Positions 57,548 through 64,000 of a stretch of DNA of 64,000 nucleotides are shown piece after piece. The notes below the pieces were generated by a model. That model saw only the letters and a program-made list of their open reading frames with translations, was not told the DNA's origin and ran no database searches. Each line of letters opens with the position of its first letter. The stretch's first letter is position 1. Origin of the DNA: a virus; IMG/VR virus record IMGVR_UViG_3300047509_000088, positions 31,371 to 95,370 of that record. One strand, 5' to 3'. The position numbers and the translations under genes are program-made.

Positions 57548-58603
57548 TTATACAGACTCGACCTTTCCCCATGCTTTTGCCTCCTTGACGGCATCTCCGC
57601 TCAGATCCAACTGAGGAGAGAAGGACTCGGCGATGGACGGCACAAGGTAGAACCGAGCGGTTTCCCGTTTGATCGCTGACGGCTCGGAGGATGACAACTG
57701 ATGGAGAATCTGACGAGTCGCATCGTAGTCACGATCCATGGCACGCGCGATCTCCGGTGCGGTTTGTCCGGGATGCTTTTTGACGTATGCGACGATCGCG
57801 ATCTGTAGTGCCGTGGTCGCTTCGTACTCAGTGGTCATGATCGTCCACAATCCCGACTCTCCATCGAATGTCATCGGCACAGTGGAATCAGGCACACCTT
57901 TCCCGCCTAGGATGAGGACTCCTTCGGTTTCCCCCTCGTCGCGCGTCAGCATGGCCGTTGTGCGCGCCGCACCTACGCCGCTACCCTGAATTTGGTCCTG
58001 GCTCGACCACTGTCCTCCGCGCGCCTTCCCTTTGTTCTTATGGAGTAGGACGACGATCGAAACCCCGTACTTGCGTCCAAGCTTGTCTATCGTCTCAATC
58101 GTTTTGTTGTCTTTGTTGTAGGACACGACCATCGGGCCGAAGTGGCGTAGATCGTCGATGATGACCAGTTTGAGCGGGCCGCCGGTTGCTTCGTTCCCGT
58201 AGTCGACGAACAGTTTCTCTAGAACCTTCAGCCCTCCGTCATCGATCTTTGGGAAGTCTGTCACGATCTCCAGTCGCTTTGGGACGACTGGAATTTCCAA
58301 CTTCTCACACTGAAGCTTGATTCGACGTTGGATCGTTGCGAGTGTGTCCTCATACGCGATCAGGTACACGTCGCCATGCGCGACCGGCCAGCGGCCCAGG
58401 AAGGGTCGGTCAGCCGCTACGTGGATGCCGGCCGAGATCACGAAACCGGATTTGCCACCCTCACGCTTGGCACCACCGGCGAGCATGTTGCATCCCGCCG
58501 TCCACATACCGGCGATTGCCCATGGTTCATCCGGGATGATGGCTCGGACGAGTTGATTCGCGTTCATCCGCGCGCGCTCAGTCGTCGACTGGTTAGACGG
58601 CAC
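57548..58603 (-). CDS. RepA/AAA_25 RecA-fold helicase with C-terminal wHTH
   Basis: MLAGGAKREGGKS, LIAYED, LVIIDD, VLLH..K, GQTAPEIARAM. Confidence 0.85.
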   Translation of the reverse strand: MPSNQSTTERARMNANQLVRAIIPDEPWAIAGMWTAGCNMLAGGAKREGGKSGFVISAGIHVAADRPFLGRWPVAHGDVYLIAYEDTLATIQRRIKLQCEKLEIPVVPKRLEIVTDFPKIDDGGLKVLEKLFVDYGNEATGGPLKLVIIDDLRHFGPMVVSYNKDNKTIETIDKLGRKYGVSIVVLLHKNKGKARGGQWSSQDQIQGSGVGAARTTAMLTRDEGETEGVLILGGKGVPDSTVPMTFDGESGLWTIMTTEYEATTALQIAIVAYVKKHPGQTAPEIARAMDRDYDATRQILHQLSSSEPSAIKRETARFYLVPSIAESFSPQLDLSGDAVKEAKAWGKVESV

Positions 58604-61444
58604 GCAAGGTCGAGATGGTATCGGTAGGCATCTTCATCACTGAAGAGTCGGAGATACGCGATCGGGCCCACGAAAACCTCGCCATTCGATTCGATCCATG
58701 CGCCATTCGAATCGATGTCGAGCAATCGTCCTTCGCGTTCGAAGATTTCATGGCTCCCATCCTCGAAAGCCAAAACGAACAACTTATCAGGCATCGTGCA
58801 TTACCTCTATTTGCCGCACATGAATGCGGTCCCACGCAAAAAGGACCGGCCGGACATAATCTGTCCGGCCGGTATCTGACTGACTAACCTCCGCCATAGA
58901 TCGAAGCGACCACGCGCGACTTGCGTCCGATTGTGACTTCCTCGACGTTTGGCGCATACTGGCACATGTCAGACATTCTCGGATCCTCCGCTAGCGCTAG
59001 CGCCATTGCCGTATTCCACGTCAGTCCGGAGTATTCGGTAGGCTGCTCGACGGTTCCGTCAGGGTAGTGAATCTCCACGCGCCAAGTCTTGACGGGCTTG
59101 ACGGGCTTGTCGCGCTGTCTGATGTCCATCTTGGTCGGAGTCATCGACACTACAGGTCCTCCAGTACCAAGTTTGCAAGCTCGCGGGCTTCGTTCAGGAA
59201 CTCATAGCCGGTCAGATGCTCGCCATTTATCCGGGCCACACGCTCGGCGAGATGGCGCTTGCGGTTCGTTCGCTCAGTCAGCTTGCGCGCCGCTTCCTGC
59301 TCGGCGTTGACCCACTCGCGGGCTTCCATCGCAAGCTCGGCATTGACGACTCGCCGGTACTCGTCTGAGGCATCTCCGATGGCTCCGAGCGATGCGACTA
59401 CGGTTCCGTTGAGGAACGCCGCTGCTGTCTCGTAAACCGTATTCGGACTCTCATCCTCAAAGTCCGTATAGGAGACTTCCTGATCGTAGTCCCATACGAA
59501 CGTCAGCCCTACTGACTTTGCCCAGGTCTCCGCTTCAGCCAAGTCACGCGCGCCGCGAGCCCTACCCTCATCCGCTGTCTCAGTCTTCGGGTCATAGCCG
59601 TATCCAGCCTGATCGAAGAAGAAACGCTCGGCCGAGGTTAGGTTGTCGGTTGACATCAGAACGTCTCCGAGTAGAACGAGTCAGACGGCTCGATACCGTA
59701 CATCGCGTCGAACTGCTCTGCGCGCTCGGACTCGTCAAGCTCCGCATAGATGTCCTCGGCATGGGACGGATAGCCGAGCGCTTCGGTTGCTGACTGCTCA
59801 TCCGTCAGCCGCAGAGTATCCCAATACTCCGAATCAGCGGGCTGAGGATCGAATCGGTTGGACTCGTCAAGCTCGCGGTTCAAGTTGTGCATCCTGATCA
59901 TCTCGGTTGAATACCTCTACAAAGCGCTACGGGCCATCGTGTGACAGCCTACACGACCAAACGACCCATCAGCCATCACTGGCCGATGGGTCGAGGCTGA
60001 GGCTTACAGCGCTTCCTGCTTTGGGCTGTACTCGTCATGGTCGGGCCAGGATGAGACATCCACGTCGAGTCCGCTGTTGTCCGAATCATCTCCGTAGGCA
60101 TTCCACCATGCCTTCAGGATGCACGCTCGGCCGGTTCTGTCGTCGGGATGGCTGTCCATCTCGGACAGATGCTCAGCCATTGCCTGGGCCACGTACGCGT
60201 AGCCGTCGGATGTCAGCCGATGTTCAATCAGACTCTCGCACACTGAGCAATGCGTCGGACTGTCCGACTCATCCTCGGCCGTTATGATCAGCGGTTCGTC
60301 CCATGATTCGAAGCCGGGCCATTCCGAGAAGTCATCCTCAGCAAAGCCCGATGGCGCACATGCCGTACAGACAGCGTCATCACAAGTCAACCAATAACCG
60401 ATTGGATCTCCGTACATCAGTTGATCTCCTTCAGCGTGCTGCTCATCAGCGGATGAACGTATACGCACTTGATTCCCTTTCGAACTCGGACGATCGGCCG
60501 GACTGGCTTGACTGGCAGCTTGCGCCAGAATCGAACGCTCATATCTAGCTTTGCTCCCTCAGTACCCATTTCTGAGCCTCGTGCGACCACACGCGCTGAC
60601 TGAGCAGCGCATAGCCTCTATCCATGTCCTTCAGGACAGCAGCCCAATCGATCGTCTCCGCTTTCATGTCTCTATTCCTTGTGTGCTGAAGTGTTGGCAA
60701 GCAGTAGCGTCCAGTATTGCTCCGAGTACCGAACGATCGGCTCGACAGGCCCGTACTTGCGCTCCATCCTGTAGACCGTATCAAGGATCGATTCCATCTG
60801 ATCGGCAAGCAGCGCGCAACCCTCCGTTGCTTCGGGCGGACGGGCTGACGGCGAGTCAAACAAGTGTCTTGACGTTGGATGGATTCTCATACGCGAAAAG
60901 GTCCGGCGGCTGATCACTCAGCCGCCGGAACGATCAGAACTCGGCCGGCGAGTCTGAGTCTGAATTGTTCACGTAGTACGTGGGAAGCGGACAGATGTAG
61001 TCATCGTCCGTATCGGCAATGATCTGATCGACGGTATCGATGTTCACCCATATTGCCGGGCTACCATCCAACTTGCTGAACTTGGAACCGTACTCACAGT
61101 TCGTGGGATCGCTCGTCATGACTGAGCAGATGTGCTCGTAACCGAGCTTGACCAGGTTTCGCTTTGCGATCGCCAACTTGAGTCTGAGTTCTGAATCTCT
61201 CATACGCGAAAAGGTCCGGCGCGGCATCACTGCCGCGCCGGAACGTTCAACCCTAGTCGCCACTTGGGTTGGCTTGCATCTCGCGAATCTGGATACGAAG
61301 CGCGCGAATCTGGCGCATCGTCCGCTCGCGGTCGCGGCGATCGAAACTGCTACCAGCCAGTCGGTTTGCTTCGCCCTGAAGCATTGCCAACTGGACTTTG
61401 TAGTTTTCGATCTCCTGAAGGCTGTACGTGCGTTTGGTTCTCAT
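58564..61444 (-). other. Small early-type genes (58564-58794, 58884-59150, 59150-59656, 59656-59901, 60004 to about 60416, 60545 to about 60667, 60672-60890, 60934-61203, 61253-61444)
   Basis: Short, mostly acidic ORFs, several starting right after the conserved hairpins. Confidence 0.6.
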
Positions 61445-62081
61445 ACGCCAAAAGGTCCGGCGCGGCATCACTGCCGCGCCGGAACATTCGACAAGCTATA
61501 GTCGCGTTGACTAGCTTTCGCTTGTCTCTTAATCGGTAGGTTCAGGTTTGATCTCTGCTTCTACCGTTCGTCAAGTTCAACCGTACTTCCTACTTGTCTG
61601 CCTCAGTGTCTTGTCCTCACTCAACAGTCAGGGTATTCCGCTCACGCACGGCCGCATGACTTACCTAGCTTCGGATGACTACCTTGGGTGGTTGCTTTCC
61701 TGGTAGTGCCGATGAGCCTATGACGTCCGGGTGTTTGTTAAGGTTCTCCGCTCTTCCGTCCCCGCCGCTTGTCTGACTGTCCATAGTAAACCATGCTTAC
61801 AGGCATCGTGCCTATCTAATATTGGGTGACTTTTACAGGTATTTGTGCAACGCCCGTTCGATCTGCTGGCGCGCGTACGCGTACGGGTGTCGTCCTGGCC
61901 GTCGGATTGGCTGGACGTCCAGATAGACGCTCGGCCGGTTGTCGAGCCGCTAGGGCCGCCGTAGGGCGCATACGCGCCATCGTGCACTCGCAACGGCGAG
62001 CACACGCTAGCTCGGAGGAGGGTACGGGCGATCCGGGATCTTGGGTTGGATCTTGCCAGGATCGATCCCGGATCGTTTGCG

Positions 62082-62154
62082 TGGTGCCGAGCGGATTCGA
62101 ACCGCTATACTCCAGCTTGGCGGGCTGGCGCTTTGTCCCTTAAGCTACGGCACC
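62082..62154 (-). tRNA. tRNA-like gene with GCC (Gly) anticodon and atypical identity elements
   Basis: GGTGCCG/CGGCACC acceptor, CCAGC-CCGCCAA-GCTGG (C33), GGTTCGAATCC T-loop, A73. Confidence 0.75.
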
Positions 62155-62584
62155 ACGATCAGGCTATCGGGCGGACGGGACAAGGGCAATGGGTCGTTTG
62201 GGATGCTTGTCCCGAGCGGCCCTTTTGCTTGTCAGAACGGCTCCGAAAGGCGCTTTTGGACATAGCCCTAGAACGCGCTGTAAGCCATCCTAAGCCACTG
62301 AATCCTCGGAGCCTCATCCGCCTACCCTAGGCGATTTTGCGTGTCTGAGGCTCGAAAATCGTATTTCATTATCCGTAGCGCCGACTACGATCGACTAGTG
62401 GATATCCGTATAGCCCTGATTGATTCGTATTCGAAAAGTGCCTGTATCGGGCCCGGTCTATACCGGTATGTCTTAACTGAGAAAATATCGTCTGTATTAT
62501 CTGTCTTTACGGATTCTCAAACAGCACACCAAATAGACGTTCGTTTTCGATCGTACGGCCCGCAGGGTATTCGTGTGCTCGTAT

Positions 62585-62887
62585 TCAGGCTGGTACAGGC
62601 TTGCCGTTCGGTGCGACCGATCGTGTCCGGTCCCTATGCGCTTTGACCCATGACATCGCATCCCGCCGACCGGTAGGCACGAGAAGGACGGCCGTCAGCT
62701 TGGCTGTCAGATCGTCCAGCCCGTCAGCGTCCAGCGCATACCCGGGTCTGGCCAGATGATCCCTGATCGTTCGAGCGTCCAGCACCGGCAGGCCTAGGAG
62801 TGCTTCTAGGATCTGCGCCAAACGTTCGTTCGTAGTAACCGGGAGCGGCATCCATTCCATCATATGCGCTGAACCGTACTGGTGCAT
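62585..62887 (-). CDS. Hypothetical protein
   Basis: ORF track; start uncertain. Confidence 0.45.
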   Translation of the reverse strand: MHQYGSAHMMEWMPLPVTTNERLAQILEALLGLPVLDARTIRDHLARPGYALDADGLDDLTAKLTAVLLVPTGRRDAMSWVKAHRDRTRSVAPNGKPVPA

Positions 62888-62956
62888 TGCCCTATTGTCT
62901 ATGGGCAAATGGCCAGGCGCCCGACCGGTAGGGCGCTTCGCTCGGAGGGAGGGAGG

Positions 62957-63136
62957 CTAGTTGATCTCGTTCAGGTGGGCGGCCCACCGATCAGCGTCGA
63001 CCTTGCTTGCGAAGGTCATCTCGTCGCCGTGATGGTCAAGCACGTTCTGGGCAGTGCTGTTGTCGACGATCACGTAGCTCGTGACAGGGGCCATGAAGCT
63101 GTAGTGGTTGACCTTGGTGCCGCTTGTGAATCTCAT
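62957..63136 (-). CDS. Small hypothetical protein (59 aa, leaderless)
   Basis: Below the ORF-track cutoff. MRFTSGTKVNHYSF..RWAAHLNEIN; TACAAT-N7-ATG. Confidence 0.6.
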   Translation of the reverse strand: MRFTSGTKVNHYSFMAPVTSYVIVDNSTAQNVLDHHGDEMTFASKVDADRWAAHLNEIN

Positions 63137-63382
63137 AATCCAGATTGTAAGCCTAGTTAGCGGGTTGTGCCGCTATCACTTTCCGGAAATTGTGCTATCA
63201 CGCGCATGCGCCTACGCGTGGGGCCGCCCGTACGGCGCGCGCGTGTGCGCTGGCGCGCCTAGTCCATTGCCCTACCGAATAGCGGCATTACAGGGCACTA
63301 CAGCCCGCTGTAGGGGTATGTCCGGTATGTGGCCACAAGGGCGCCGGGTAGTCGGTAGGGCCGTGTAGGGCATTAGGTGGCT

Positions 63383-63440
63383 CCGCAGGGCAGGCACCTG
63401 GACAGCCGCAGGGCAGGCACCTGGACAGCCGCAGGGCAGG
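63383..63440. repeat. 23-bp tandem repeat (CCGCAGGGCAGGCACCTGGACAG), about 2.5 copies
   Basis: Direct reading. Confidence 0.85.
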
Positions 63441-64000
63441 GCCCGAGAACGTCGTTTTTGACGTTTTGAGCATGGCTGTAGGAGGCCCTGTAGTCGACGC
63501 TACGGCCCTCAATCTGGCCAGTGGCACTGGGCTAGGGGTACCCCTGTTACGGTGGCTTAGGCTCGATAATCGACATTTACCGTAGGTACGTATGTACGTA
63601 TAGTCAGGGTTACAGGGCATGGAACCATGACTATACAGGCATACGGGCCATCCCCGTAGCCCAGCACTAGCCACTAGGGCATGGTAGTACGGATTGGGTT
63701 CGTTGCCCAGGTAGACTGTATAGCGGTACCTTATCTATGACGCAGTACAGTACGTGGACCGAACATACGCTTGTATACCCTGCCTATACAGCCTTATATC
63801 CTCATCAGATATCGTATATGATCTCGTATCAAGCGGCCCTGCTGACCAGCATGGCGCCGTGCATGGTCAGTGGCACCTGGTGAGGCATGGGTCGCCGCAT
63901 GGCCGTACGGTGGCTCGTAGGGCTCGGAGGAGGCATGCCAGGGGCCCTACCGGCGGAGCAAATGTTCGGTCTTTTTTTTGGACTGGGCAGATGGCCGGAG

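Larger units (their letters stand above)
55020..61485 (-). repeat. Dispersed family of GC-rich hairpins with A-GTGA-T loop, most followed by CCTTTT and often GT-ATG-AGA (7 copies)
   Basis: Copies at about 55020-55055, 55704-55750, 58837-58875 (GATTA loop), 59962-59993, 60885-60931, 61198-61244 and 61439-61485. Confidence 0.9.

Noticed and set aside
60425-60455. Hammerhead ribozyme (CTGATGAG on the minus strand)
   Set aside because: No stem II followed by GAAA; the sequence runs into an SD and start codon.
55020-61485. Integron attC sites
   Set aside because: No RYYYAAC/GTTRRRY core sites or extrahelical-base pattern, and no tyrosine recombinase in the window.
1-64000. Genome-wide stop-codon or AGY reassignment
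   Set aside because: Conserved genes translate intact with the standard code, and AGC occurs where Ser fits (helicase GSPG).

Overview
A 64-kb segment of a large, GC-rich tailed-phage genome. No integrase, capsid, portal or terminase gene was recognised in the window. The host is probably a monoderm high-GC bacterium such as Actinomycetota or a Chloroflexota-like lineage; this is inferred from a class F sortase, many leaderless promoters and Pro/Thr-linker secreted proteins. Layout: (i) 1-33.5 kb, leftward DNA-metabolism and accessory genes: MazG-like pyrophosphatase, intein-containing UvrD helicase, HNH, SLOG, Cas4-like exonuclease, SSB-like, GH25-like endolysin, SNF2 helicase, sortase plus substrate, DUF932, tRNA-Leu, HicA-like, RecU-like and six tandem GYRAW paralogs. 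(ii) 33.6-37.8 kb, rightward: HTH protein, primase Zn-finger, intein-containing DNA methyltransferase, primase TOPRIM. (iii) 37.8-41.4 kb, leftward membrane cassette including a K+ channel. (iv) 41.7-53.1 kb, rightward: GH5 hydrolase, tail-like genes, HNH and a tRNA. (v) 53.6-64 kb, a repeat-flanked, early-like region of small genes separated by conserved GTGA-loop hairpins. The most notable observations are a LAGLIDADG endonuclease hidden in the +1 frame inside the helicase intein with its own leaderless promoter, a hairpin-delimited gene-cassette array, a GCU-anticodon tRNA with Arg-type identity elements, a primase split by an inserted methyltransferase, a six-gene paralog array and a MotA-box-like -30 promoter motif. 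All calls are from reading the sequence by eye; no database searches were run.
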